DNA of 64,000 nucleotides from Ruditapes philippinarum (Eukaryota). Every line of letters starts with the position of its first letter. Within the stretch, counting starts at the first letter, position 1. The notes below the pieces were generated by a model, which did no database searches, was not told the DNA's origin, and worked only from the letters and a program-made list of their open reading frames with translations. The translations under genes and the position numbers were made by a program. Positions 1 through 13,872 of this stretch are shown here, piece by piece. The stretch covers positions 186,001 to 250,000 of the forward strand of contig NW_026862330.1 in NCBI RefSeq assembly GCF_026571515.1, in the 5' to 3' direction.

Positions 1-2899
1 TGAGTGGGAGAAAATATGTGTCTGACAAATACTGTAGTGTATTTAAGGAACAGTTACAAAAACTTAACATTCTTAAATGATATTTGTATGCACTTACTTT
101 CTAATCATTTGTGATACTTAAAGAGTAATAAAACAGATGAACTATTCATTTCGATTTCAAAGAGTGTAATTTGTCCAAAAATAATCATTGAAAGGTATTT
201 CACATTATTTCAGATAACTTAAAAAATGCTTTCCATTTTATAACCGTGTCCGAATGCCGAGTACGAAACGGCTTGGTATGAATGTTTAAAGGTGGAATCG
301 GTCATTCATGGTCAGCGCGCTGCTTGATTTTGTACCTACTCGGCAAAATTTGTAATAGGCTAGATGTAATAATTATTTGCTATGTAATATTTAAATAGGA
401 TTTTATTTTTATGTAGCCTCATTGGTTGATTATTTAATTTTAAACATACTTACCAACGCCAGGAAAAAGTAATATTGATCGCAAGAGGCGAGCATAATAC
501 ACGTTTATTCAACCCTTAAATAAAATTTAGAATTGAACCTACACTCATTTAATATAATCTTAATACACATTTTAACTCAATAATTTCAGCAATAGGATAC
601 TCATTGTATTGATATCAAAAGATATTATATTTTTCCATTGTTGTGCTGATAGTAAATTGAGATGTTTGTTATCAACACTGGTAAATAAGCATTTGTTTCT
701 AGGTTATTTATTTATTAGATATAAAAGAGACTACATAAATCTACGAATTAGACTTTGAATTCAAAAGGAAACATCATTGTATATATTTTTCAATAATGCT
801 TCAAGACTGAACATTTAAAACTTTTATTCGACCCTCGCAAACATAGACTACTTTTCTAAAATAATCTGGCAAATTTTCAGAAACAGTTATTTTCAATATA
901 AGCATTACGTTTAATTCTATTATCAAAGCAGTCGTATTTAATTAAAAAGTATTGTAAAACAAAACAGTTTTCAATTGATAAAATTTTACACATAAATATT
1001 GGAAAAATCCGAGAAAAAACACAAAAACAAACAAACAAAAACAATACATACATTTCAAACAACTGTATGACGTTACATTTTGTCGCGCAATTATTATCTC
1101 CATCAAATTTGTAATGCGAGTTGCATACCGATCCTCTCGTAAAGGGAAGACATCGCTCACTGTTTTATTCGTTGCAAAGCAATAGCAATATATATAGACA
1201 TTTGTAATTTAAGACGGTGACGGTGACGGTCACACAATAACAAAGAAACTGAACTGCAGTGGCGTACTGTGCCGCTTGGTTGCGCTTTTGAAAGTTTGTT
1301 TACATTTCTCGGTTAGATGCGCGTATCCTGATTTCTTAGCTTTGTTGCTTCTGTTTTCAAGGTTAATGGAATGTCATAAGAGCAACTTTTGTGTTAAAAG
1401 TGCTATTAAAATGGTAAATATATATTTTTATTGTTTTGTTCGTTTTATTTATTGAACGTTAAACTGTCATATTATGCAAAATAAACACGTGTCATGCTTT
1501 TTGATACTTTAATTTTAGTATAAGAAACATATTCCAGGACGGAATTCATTGTTAATGTTCCTTGATGTTGGAAATATGTAAAGATACTATAATATACCAC
1601 GTTTTATATAATTTCTATGCTAGAAAAACTAAAAAAAGATATTCTTTTCGCCCATAAAAATGAGTAGATTTATCAGAGAGTACGTTTATGTTGCTCAACG
1701 AAAACAGTTTTCATGAGGACGTAAATCAACGAAAACATTTCATATTACAGGAGCCTTGTCATGCAGTCTGCCGTTATTGCAGTCACATTCAAAAGCGTGA
1801 TTTTCAAGCAGTAATTTGTCACGGAGCTTATGAACACCCCAACCCGAGGACTACCTTCCCTATCTGATTGAGTCAAAAAAGCTTATAAAGTACCGTATAA
1901 GCAAAATGTGTAAGTTTCTCCGTAGGCAGACTAATTGACGTTTGATGAAATAAGTGGTAAATTATTAATTTCTACGTCTCATTCATTTGACATTCCTAAA
2001 CCTGAGACAAGGAAGCCCAAAAGAAAATAGGCCAACATACCAGACTACAGAATGCCATCACGAGGCACTCAGCCAGTAAGACAGTTCCACAAAACAGATT
2101 CTTCCCCACTTCATTATGAACAGTGGTTAGAAAAATAATTTGTAAACTCGTAAATGTTGTATAATAGTATAAGTTAAACAGTTAGTATGGAAGAGAGTAA
2201 TATATGCCAAGGCGCTAGTGGAAGCTTATACTTGTTGGTCAGGCTATATTTTCCTGTTTATCCCGTCAGCAACTTGTATAACTGATCTTTAATAACGCAT
2301 TTTCTTTTTTCATTTTCTCAAGATAATAGAAGACTTGATTATCAAGATTAAAATGTAACGCGATGAAAGGCGCCGCTTAAACAGATAACAAAAGCAATTA
2401 AAGTATATAATAATCTTTTGCGCTGTAAATTTATATATATTTTAATGGCACATCATTCCTCAGAAATAAATGCATATTATTTCCTCTAACATGGGCAAAA
2501 AATGTTTTATAGTGTTTTAAGAATGGGACTGAAGCATGATACGCGCTTATCATTTGAACAGAGAAAGCCTTGAAGAGAAATAATATGCCATAAATACAGC
2601 AAAAGTTAAACAATGTGGTATTTTGACTTCCATAAAAATGCTAAATCACTATAACTATACTTATTACTTATATGACATAGAAGCAAAAGGCGACTGCTAT
2701 TTGGCCAATAAGCTCTATTTAGAAAACTAAAACAAAACATCAGGAGTGAAATTCTTTTGAAAAATATGAATTATAGCACTTTTGGGGCTCAAAGGGCCTT
2801 TAATTAAATACTTGTTTTTGAACCGAGAAATGTGCCCTACGAAATATAATGCAATAAATTGATTGATATGCATATTCAATCCGACTTTTCCCCGACAAA

Positions 2900-3950
2900 C
2901 AAAACCTGTGCATTTCGTTACAACACGTGTTAAAACTTCACCACGATGTCTCCATACCGTTCCGACTGACTTAACTAACTCTTACTTTCAGCAATGGCAT
3001 GCTCAACACATACACGACACTTTCAAATATTCCTGTTCAACTTTCGACACTTTAACTTTTATCAAGCTTTCATCAGTCGTAACTGAACTTCAGAACACGG
3101 GGTTACAATTGGTGTCTATTTGGATATATTTTGTCGCTGAGAACACAATCGTCTGGGAAAGGTAGATCAGTTCCAATGTGGCGCATCAAACCGAACTGCT
3201 ATGCATCATTGAGATGTCCAATGAAACCGCACTCAACATATCTCATTCTGCCTGCAATGTCAACTATAACCAGGGAACGAATTGTGTGAAAGCTACTTCT
3301 TCAGAAGAATACTGTTGATCAGTAAATTTCATGTGAAGTTGCAATCTATAGTTCCAACCGCGGCAGATACTTTACCAAAGTGTAGTTCAACTTCTCCATT
3401 GGTCCACAGACGGCCAAATGATGAACGATTTAAGTTTTGAATAAAATAAGAGTTCTTATTTCTTCTTTTCCTATTGGCACACTGATTACAAACAATGCTG
3501 AAAGCATACGATACGTGATGTAACATGGAAACCACATCATAATAAGAACTCTATTTTTATATTGATAACGTATGTCTACGAACAGAATGAATATTAAGCT
3601 GTTTGATAAGATCCAAAAGTGTCTCGGGTGTTTCGCCAGCCACCTCAAAACATTGGTACCGATGTTGAGCAAAGGAACGATAAAATTATCAGCCACCATA
3701 TCTATGTTCATCTGATCCCAACAAGTCATTCCAAATGTCTAAAAGATGGTCAGGTGGCAATAAAAAGAGCATAAAAATAAAACGTAATAAAATTCGAAGT
3801 ATTCACTCGTATCAGTGGTGGCTGGACATATACTGGTAAAAACACAGTGACGATCCAACATTGCTGCAAAATGTAAAAACAATTAAAAGTCGTTTTGATG
3901 AACAAAAGAAGACGGAACCGGATGCCTCGAGCAAATACTGACTGATTTGA
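2900..3950 (-). mobile_element. Decayed PIF/Harbinger-type DDE transposase
   Basis: Minus-strand fragments AVGTIDC, FHTIRSLVIVDIAGRMRYVECGFIGHLNDA, SDKIYP and RVCVEHAI match the order of DDE_Tnp_4/HARBI1-like motifs; interrupted by stops and frameshifts. Boundaries approximate. Confidence 0.7.
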
Positions 3951-4997
3951 CGTACAGAATCATTGAAATGGCTTATGAATGACAAGAGACTTTTCAAATA
4001 CAAAATAACTGAGTTTCATGACATAAATGTTTGACATAAAATTTTAATGCTACCAAAGCAAAGCAATTACCAAAACTAGGTTCGCCATTGTATGAGCGAT
4101 ATGGTCATTTAGTAAACATTGAACATGAGTTTTACGTTTGGCAGAAATAGCTAAAGTTCGGCTGCAAGACCGACCGTTTTTTACAAACTGATATCACATA
4201 GATATCACAATATGTTGAGCTACAAAATGGCCAGCACAGCTGAGCCCAACAAATATCTGAAACTGTACATTTTCCGTAATTCGGGAGCTGTTGCGTGTTC
4301 ACCATCAGTAACTGCATCAAAGAAATATTATTTTCCCTCCCTGAGAGAAAATCCTGAAAGACTTCAACATTATGGTGACCTGTTGCGTCCATTTTTAGGC
4401 CGCGAGAAATTCTACCGTCAGTTTATAAAATGTCGCTAGCAACTTTTAAAACCGCGAGGTTTTATGTCGAAATTGTATGAAATGCCGCGGCTTATAGAAA
4501 CTATCGAGTCGTCAAATGAAGAGTTTTACGAAAGAAAACGTGACATTTTCTGTCTACACAGTAGACTTAGCTACATATACCTTCTTTAAGTAGCCGATTG
4601 CGACCATTATCATTCGCGAATTTTTATGCATATCTTGTAAACTAACAATTTTGAGAATTAAGCCTCGACTTTTTATGCCGGGAAATGTCTCTGCGCGAAA
4701 AGTCGCGGTTGAATATTGCTATTACTAGCCGCTTATGTTCCCTTGCAATTGATTTGTATATAATTCTAATATATGAACTCATTGAGACGTGAAGACATTA
4801 AACTTCACCTAGAAGTCGAAAGCATCCACAATCTTGTACGTGAAATAGTACGTGAAATAGCGTGTAATGATGCTTCCAACGATAAACAACAAGAAAGAAC
4901 GTGTCATTTTATCATCTATGTATTTAGACAAAAGCGTTATAAACTAAAGAATAATATGGTTGCTTTTAACGTAAGTTTAAATTCACTATAAAAATTG

Positions 4998-6582
4998 CAC
5001 AGACTTTAAAGTCCAAAAATCCATAACAAATCATTATTATACTTGAAGAACTAAATTATATTAACTTTTCATAAAATGGTTTTGTGAAATAAAGAGGTCA
5101 TTACACATTGTTGAGAACAATACTTCTACTGATTCCGACATAGCTGCAATATCTATATCAGACTCGGCTAGTACCTCATTTAATATATGTCTGACAGCTG
5201 CAAGCGTAAAAAATCATTGTACTCAACAATGTAAAATAAAATCATATTTACAAAAGAGACAACTGCGATAACGATATATGTATTGTGATACACATGATTT
5301 GCTTACCTTTACAGTTATTATAAGTTTAAGGTTGAGAAAATAGCAGACGACAATATCTATTGCTGTACAGCAAAATCATTCCGTTGTTTTGATAGAAACT
5401 TATCTAACCTTTCAAAGATTTAAATAGGTAACATTGGCCATGGGGATATCTTTCCGAAATAAGAATAAATAAAAAGGTCGTCAGCCGACAAGAGAATTGT
5501 TTATAACTCACAGCAACACATACTGAACCATTCGGGAATTATTTTGCTTGAAAATTAATGCGCCTGTCATTTGCCCATCTTTACGCAGTGATCTCCCCTG
5601 AATTTTTCGGTGTCAGTGTACATATAAAGGGAAGTAACCGCTTCAAAAAAAGCGGACTACATTCGGCATTTGCAATTAACAGCATTAGAGTCTGAAATTT
5701 CGCTACCATTATTTGTTTGGTCTGACGACCCAAACAAATAAAAACGATATTACACTAGTCTAATAACACTTTGACGTGACGTCATTTGCGCTATATATAA
5801 ACATAGCGTTAAAGCGCGCTAATGTTAGCGAAACACTATAGGCACATCATTGAAACCATACTCATTTTAACAATTTACTGTTCTTATTTAATATATATCA
5901 TAAATAGAATATTATATTCGCGTCGATTCAATACTAAATTTATTGAACTCGTTGAATAAAACAATGATTTTATTCAAGTCGTTCAATAAATTATGTATTA
6001 AACTACACTCATTCAATATCATCTATATAAGATCAATATGTTCAAAATACACAGACTTTAAAGTCCAAAAATCCATAACAAATCATTATTGTACTTGAAG
6101 TAATAAATCATGTTAAATTTTCATAAAATGGTTTTGTGAAATAAAGAGGTCATTACACATTGTTGAGAACAATACTTCTACTGATGCCAACATAGCTGCA
6201 ATATCTATATCAGACTCGGCTAGTACCTCATTAAATATATGTCTGAGAGTTGCACGCGTCAATAGAATTCAGTATTGTACTCAACAATGTAAAATAAAAT
6301 CGTATTTACAAAAGAGACAACTGCGATAACGATATAAGTTTTGTGATACACACGATTTGCTTACCTTACAGTTTTCATTAGTTTAAGGTTGAGAATATAG
6401 CAGACGACAATATTTATTGCTTTACAGCAAAATCATTCCGTTGTTTTGATAGAAACTTATCTAACCTTACAAAGATTTAAATAGATAACATTGGCCATGG
6501 GAATATCTTTTCAAAATAAGAATAAATAAAAAGGTCGTCAGCCGACAAGAGAATTGTTTATAACTCACAGCAACACATACTG
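4998..6582 (+). repeat. Direct duplication of ~525 bp (4998-5526 and 6050-6582)
   Basis: Both copies run from CACAGACTTTAAAGTCC to CACAGCAACACATACTGA with high identity. Confidence 0.9.
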
Positions 6583-8504
6583 ACATTTTTACTAGTTTTA
6601 GACTAATAGAAGGCTTGGCTGGATTGGCTGCGACAAAAATAAACCAATGACATTTAAATATACTGCAATGCACTGGGGAAGGAAGGAGGACAAGAACATC
6701 AACAACAACAAAACTTATATGAGGCATGTTAATCAGTGGCAATTTTATGTAAACTTGACAACTTGACCAATAAGCTATGTTAAACAAATAAAATGTTTTA
6801 TTAAATGCACATAAAACCTTGGGATATCATTAGTATTAAGAGTACATACTGCCTTGCACATGTTTTGATCTTTGATTTTATAATAATGATAATCAAAATT
6901 GTTAATACGCAATTAACTGATCAATAGTTCAATAGTTTATCTGGACCTACCCTCAAAAGTATTTTTTCGCAGATTTCTTTCTTTCTTATACAATTGCAGA
7001 TCCCATCAAGAAATAATTATGTCATGATGTATTTGAAATCATACATGTGTAACATTTATTAGATGGAGAAAAATCTGGATAAAGTGTGATCCCTCGGAAG
7101 CATTAATCACAACAAAATTTCATGAAAATTGTAGACTCGGTTTGATTTAATCTATGCATAATGATAAATGAAAAGGTGCAACATCCCTCATGCCCTGAGT
7201 GGTACTTCATTTTCAACACAAAGTGCTGGAATCAATGTTCCCGAAGGACTAGAAAAATATAACAACACTGAAACACTGGAAAGTTGCAATATGAATTCTA
7301 CAGTATAAGTGTAAATAAAAACCTACAAAACAAATCAAACTTAGCTGTATAATTTCTTAATTGAACATCTGTCTCCTCGCCTCTGCTTGATCAATTTTTG
7401 TTTGTATTATACTACAATCCACAATGTCCAGAATTTCTTTTCCTAAACCACTCGACAGGTTCTGACCAAACATTACATGAATGATCCATGTAGCATTGCG
7501 TGATCTCGAATCACGTCCCTGGGAACAAATTTGAAGGGGGGGGGGCGTATAATGTGGTTGGATGGAGGTTATTTAATTTACAAAGGCTTGTATAGAATAC
7601 AAACCAAGTGCTTATATAGTTGGCAGGAAGCATTGTTGTACAAAAGTTAGTCAAGCCTCTCGGCCAGAATTAACCTCAAATTGATATAACCCGGGGTCAC
7701 TTATGTACATAGAACGACTTAAAAATCTCATCTGAAAGTACAATGCTAAGAGTTTAGATATTTTGCATGTAGCATCACCTTGTGTTATATAAATCATTCC
7801 TTGGGTCATTTAGTTTATAAGAAATATAATTCTTATAAGTCTTTTTTGTGAAACTACAATGCCAAGAGCTTAGATATTTCCTAGCAATGCATCTAAAGTG
7901 AGCGATCAAGAACCACCATAATCCTCTCATTATCTCTATGAATTTCTCAATTATTTCCTGATGAAACGCAAAATAAGCTGCATATGAAGTAGATAAGTGA
8001 CTCTATTATATGTAAAATATATGTTGCCTGTATTCTTTCAACAGAAGATGTAAGCGATAAATAGAACATGAATAGTAAAACACAACATTTATTTCTTTTA
8101 ACTTTCAGAATATATTATATTGTTCTTATATTATGAATGTTAACATTTAATAAATAAAGTGATTTCTGAGGCATAATGTGCTTTTAAGACCCAGCGTTTG
8201 TCACAATGTTTTGTATATATTATGTTTATATAGAATAGTATTCAATAGAAAACGAGTTGGCATGAAATCGGTCATGGCTTGGTAAAAGCATATTTAATTA
8301 TTCAACCTATTGAATGCATACGTGTTTCAAATAGTTCAAACTACAGAATTACATTTTTGTACTTTACTTTAACGTTTTTTATTTGCCCAGGCACTGGTTG
8401 CAAAACCGTGATAGCACATGCTGCAATCTGTTTTACAAAATCGATCAGCTCCGATCACGCTGGTTGGCGTTGTGATTCAATATTTAGATTTTGTTATGAA
8501 GATT

Positions 8505-8660
8505 ATAAGAATCTTACACTGGATGCTGGTACAGACCGGAATATTTAGCTCTCGGGTAACTGTTTATGGCGGTAACGAGGCTCTTCTGAGTTTCCGCTAA
8601 ACAGTTACCCGAGAGCTAGATATTCACATCTGTACCGACAGCCGGTGTTTGATTCTTTTT
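8505..8660. mobile_element. Palindromic MITE-like hairpin
   Basis: TAGCTCTCGGGTAACTGTTTA...TAAACAGTTACCCGAGAGCTA core with imperfect extended arms. Confidence 0.6.
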
Positions 8661-11600
8661 CTTTCAAAGTCAATTGTTTTCGGAAACGAAATAACGAAAA
8701 TTGATATTTTCATTACGCACTTATTTTCTTATAATAGCGTATGAACATACAAACTTCATTCATTACTGTAAAAACAGATGAGTTATATTTACTTTCAAGT
8801 TAGGGATACCTCACCACACTATTTATACAAAGGCAGTTATTATGTTTTCAAAATCTATGCCGTGCTGTTTTTTTTTCTCATTTTTTACGCACCACCAGAA
8901 TTGTTATCAGTAGATACAAATAATCTATGGGCGAGGATTATTCCGTTATTCGCCCACATGTTTTGCTATCGACCAGCAAATATGAATAATATTAATGCGA
9001 AACAGCAGTTCCGTTGTCAAACACAATACATGTATGATAAAAATACGAAAAAAGAAGAAAAAAGACTGTAAACAAAATTAATTCAATACATTTTTTTCTT
9101 CAACTTATAGTACTAATTAAATCAGATCATTAACCCCACACTCTGTCTTTCCTTCACCCTCCGCACAGATTAAATAATTATGCATCGGGTTTTTCTGTAG
9201 TTATGTATTTTGATAAATCTAGCTCGGTCAAATTCCAAGCAACATGATCACCGTCTTGTGGAATATATAAATTTGAACCTGAAAGAAGAATTTATAATTA
9301 AATATTAAAGTTCTGAAATAAACCCGCAAAATAAAACAACAACAACAAAACACAAACAACAAAAAAAACAATAACAAACAACAACTATTATCTACAGAAT
9401 AACAATAAGAGTAAAGTTTATCTTTTTAAAGATTATGGCATCAACTAAAGCTGATTTCAGTTTTACTTTCAAATTGAAAGTGTCACGGATTCTTGTGAAG
9501 GTCAATTTGTGAGGTAATGGTTGCCCTTATATACTTGTAACCAACACAGACTTATTGATAGTTTAAATTATTTCGAAAGAGTTATATATAATTGTTTAAT
9601 TGGCATACACTTGTGTAATATTTTCTACAAATTATATGACAATTGATACGGTGTAAATTTTAGGTATTAGCAATTGTTTTAACACTTTCACATGGTAGAA
9701 ATATAATGACCAATGGAATAAGTAAATCGGGAAAAGAATTCAAATTCAAGATTTGTCAATAAGTTAGCTAATCGTTCAGTGTCCAGAAGATTACTTACCC
9801 ACTTCATACTGTTTACCAGTAGAATGTTCAATTAGCTCCCAGTATCTCTCACCGGCTATTTCCGACACTCCATTATGTGCACTGACGTAGTATCCAACTC
9901 CAGGGAAATATGTCTGCGAAAAACTTAAAAGAAACCAAGTGGTATTAATTTGATTATTTGTAAAAAAACCCCTTCGTTTATACAAAGTGATAAGGACCAT
10001 TAATTTGTTTGTAGTTTGCACTTCGTTAACTTGAATATCTTTAGATAAGAAAATTTGGGCATCTGCGTCCACGCCAACAGTACTTACTAGTTAAGCTTAA
10101 TACCACTCACTATTGTTTGCAGAAGTACTTATTTTGGCATAACCATGCACCTTTTTCTACCTGTAATATCTGCTAAGATCTTTTAAGCATATCATTTTAT
10201 TCAGAACACTAGGAGTGAGCAAATTACATTTTGGTTAGTTTCTGGTAACGTTGTACGGACGTGGTAAATGCTTGAATAACCTACAACCAGAGACATAACC
10301 AAGCCAGCATCACCTAGCACTCCGATGTGTTGCGCTGATCAGGCAAACTGTCATGCCATACAGCTTATGATTGTGTAAATAGTACTATATACCCATTGAC
10401 AATAAGGGGAGACCAGGACACAGTGAAAGACAAGGCAAAGTGAAACACTTTATGAAACTTAGTAAGCAGAATTTAAAAGGTTTTCATAGGCACTACACTT
10501 GAGACGTCAACAGTTTTGAGACTTTTGAAGCTGTACGAAAGTGATGCTGGTTTAAGCTTTAACTGAATAAGATTAGATCACATTCGCTATTGTGCCATTG
10601 TTGTATAAATAATAAAATTCAACCTTATACGTTATTACGATTGTATTTTTTGCTTTATATACAATTGAAAATGAAGTCTTGTACATATTATGATTATGAT
10701 TACCAACAGTATATATCATGTGTAAACCATTTCTGTTTAGGTTCACTCTGTATTTGTGTTGATTGATATTGCTACAAACTTTATAAGTTTAATACGTATA
10801 AAGCTGAATAAAGTGTGTTGTATTGTGATGCGCTGCTCAGCTAACATACATTTGTGATTGCATATACTTGTTTGACACTTACTTATTAAAAAGGTCCTTG
10901 CGTGTGTCACAGGCATGTTCCATATACGTGATTAGTCTGGTTGTATTACAGCCAGTGATGTTCATTTGTATCCGGTGATGAAAGAATGGTTCCACGAGTA
11001 TGTTCTTCACCGAGTAGTTCATCTGACCTTGAACTTCATCAGCTATACATCCCGGACTTAAATGTGATAAAACCAAGGAAATTTAATAGTGGTAAAAGGC
11101 TGGAAGTTTGTTTAATAAATTATGTACGGTATACATTTCTGGCGACCTGAACATTTTCATCTTAAGTTAAATTTGAAATAGAGTTTGTCTTCGCGTTGCT
11201 TCATTATGTGTCTTAATTGTATAGTCTCGGGTTTTCTAATCGTTTTTAAAGATCAAGTTATGACCATGCATGACTGACTTGTTATGCATGTCCCGTTCCC
11301 CGTTTTGCCACTGGTTTCGTCCTTTCACGTTTTGGTTCGGTGTTTTGTGTCTGTGTGCCCTGTTGGTGGGGCTAGGTTGTATCAGCAGTTACGTTCTGTG
11401 AACCTGGCCTTGCCTTGTTGAACTTTGCTCTCATTTTTTATTTGTTATGACTTGATCACGATTATCTTTATCGCCAAACCTGAACGTATGCATGCATTGT
11501 ACCCACGCAAATATCATCATATTGTCAAACAAAATCACATTGTAGAGTATATTTTAATATAAGCGAATACGTTAACTGAACAATTTGGGTTGCCCTGTTT

Positions 11601-12506
11601 TTCTTTTGTTAATTTCGTGTAAAGTAAAAGATTTGGATTTTAAAATATCGGTAAATAAGAAAATTTAAAAAAAATGCAGAACATAACAAATGGCTTACTT
11701 GAGAAATCCCGACACGCAACACGGTAGCACAATAATGAAAATGTTTATATTTATTGATGCCAGCATTTTCCTTAATGCGTCGAAATGAATGACAAGAAAG
11801 ATAAGGCAGCGGAGTTGAAGCACAAATGTCAAATGAGTATTTAGAACACAATCACGTTATCTACATTAAACATACTGTCTACGTACTCTATGTAAAAACT
11901 AACATGATTGTAGGGTTCTTTAGAACATTTTAATCTAAGATACCTTACATTAATTACAGTTAGCTTCTTCTTCAAAGATAATATAGCATGGTAGTTTGGA
12001 TCTAACTGTACACCCGCTTTAATAAAGACTTTGAATGTACAATGTAGGTTACACTTTGATAAAACTGAGCCTTTGTTGCTATAGCTGTAAAATGACAAGT
12101 TACATCCCTGCCTTAGTTCCTTTTAAATTGATGGAAAGTATGTAACATGACAATTTAAAACTAGCTATAACTCTGCCTTTGTTTGAAAAGCTGCAACAGG
12201 ACAAATTGAATCTAAAATTTAAATATCTGTCGGGATAGCTTTAAAATGGCAACTGGACTGTACAAATATGGTTTAAAAACAGATATTTTGGAAAAGCTGT
12301 AATATGATAATTTTAATATATATCTCGAAATGGCTGTAACATGGCACAATGAAGCTAGCTTCCGCTCTGCCATTGTTGGAACATCTGTAGTTGGACAATT
12401 TGCATCTGGCTATAACTTTGGTGGTACTGATGTAATATGGCAATTTGGATGAAGCTATGCCTATTTATATATCGGAATAGCTAAAAGATGACTGTTTGAA
12501 TCAAGT

Positions 12507-13539
12507 AAAACTAGAAATGTGTCCATAGGACACGGATGCCCCCACACGCCACTGTTCTGTCAATCTTATGACTCTAGGTCAACTATTTTTTGGACTACAT
12601 GTGCCACAAGTTGAAAACTAAAAATCAACAAAAACCCATTATTCTGTTAAATTTGTTCGCAGCAAAAATTCATTCCTTTACTACCATCTACACATTAAGG
12701 TTGTTCATCCCTGGAAGTTTAAGCAAAATCTGCCATCCGGTTTAAGAGGAGTTGCGTTCACAAAATTTCTACAGAGTATATAGTGAAAAAATCAACAAAG
12801 GGCCATAATTCTGTTAAATTTGGTTGCAGCAAAAATTCCTTCCTTTACTGCATCTACACATTAATGTTGTTCATCCCTGGAAGTTTAAGCAAAATCTGCC
12901 ATCCGGTTTAAGAGGAGTTGCGTTCACAAAATTTCTACATAGTATATAGTGAAAAAATCAACAAAGGGCCATAATTCTGTTTAATTTGGTCGCACCAAAA
13001 ATTCCTTCCTTTACTACCATCTACACATTAAGGTTGTTCATCCCTGGAAGTTTAAGCAAAATCTGCCATCCGGTTTAAGAGGAGTTGCGTTCACAAAATT
13101 TCCAAATAGTATAAAGTGAAAAAATCAACAAAGGGCCATAATTCTGTTAAATTTGGTCGAAGCAACAATTCCTTCCTTTACTACCATCTACACATTAAGG
13201 TTGTTCATCCCTGGAAGTTTAAGCAAAATCTGCCATCCGGTTTACGAGGAGTTGCGTTCACAAAATTTCTACACAGTATATAGTGAAAAAATCAACAAAG
13301 GGCCATAATTCTGTTAAATTTGGTCGCAGCAAAAATTCCTTCCTTTACTACCATCTACACATTAAGGTTGTTCATCCCTGAAAGTTTAAGCAAAATCTGC
13401 CATCCGGTTTAAGAGAAGTTGCGTTCACAAGATTTCGGGACGTACGGACAGACGTACGGACGGACAGACGGACGGACGGACGGACACTCGGACGGACAAG
13501 TGCAACGCTATATGCTCCCACTCTGTGGGGGCATAAAAA
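12507..13539 (+). mobile_element. Non-autonomous Helentron-associated element (HINE/pearl-like) with about five 166-167 bp internal tandem repeats
   Basis: 5' AAAACTAG, short hairpin GTGTCC-ATA-GGACAC, sub-terminal ATGCCCCCAC, ~167-bp array at 12620-13430, (GGAC)n microsatellite, 3' hairpin ATGCTCCCAC-TCT-GTGGGGGCAT followed by an A-run. Confidence 0.85.
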
Positions 13540-13872
13540 CTGTGGTGTACCTGTAATATGACAATCTATATTTGGTCATGTCTTCGCCTCTGGAGGTACT
13601 GCGGCATAATTTCTATTTGAATCTAGCTATATGACATTTACAAACTTTCTAGATAACTGACGGGATTTGAATTCTTTCATCCAGCTAGCTTACGGAAGGT
13701 CGCTGGTTCTGAATATGCATATAGCTTAACCCTTGTCTCTGGCTAAATAGTATAATAAATACTCTGAGATAAATAATAGATTGATGAATAATATGACATT
13801 TTGAATTTAAATATTAGTTCGTCGTCTTTCTGGAGATGCATTTGAAAAAGAAAGTTTTCTTGGATATATAAA

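Noticed and set aside
1-12500. Host genes among the short ORFs of the first 12.5 kb
   Set aside because: No recognisable domains or consistent exon chains; only transposon debris could be supported
12620-13430. Regular repeat arrays as possible CRISPR
   Set aside because: Head-to-tail monomers without unique spacers, no cas genes, eukaryotic context; the same applies to the 22- and 27-bp arrays
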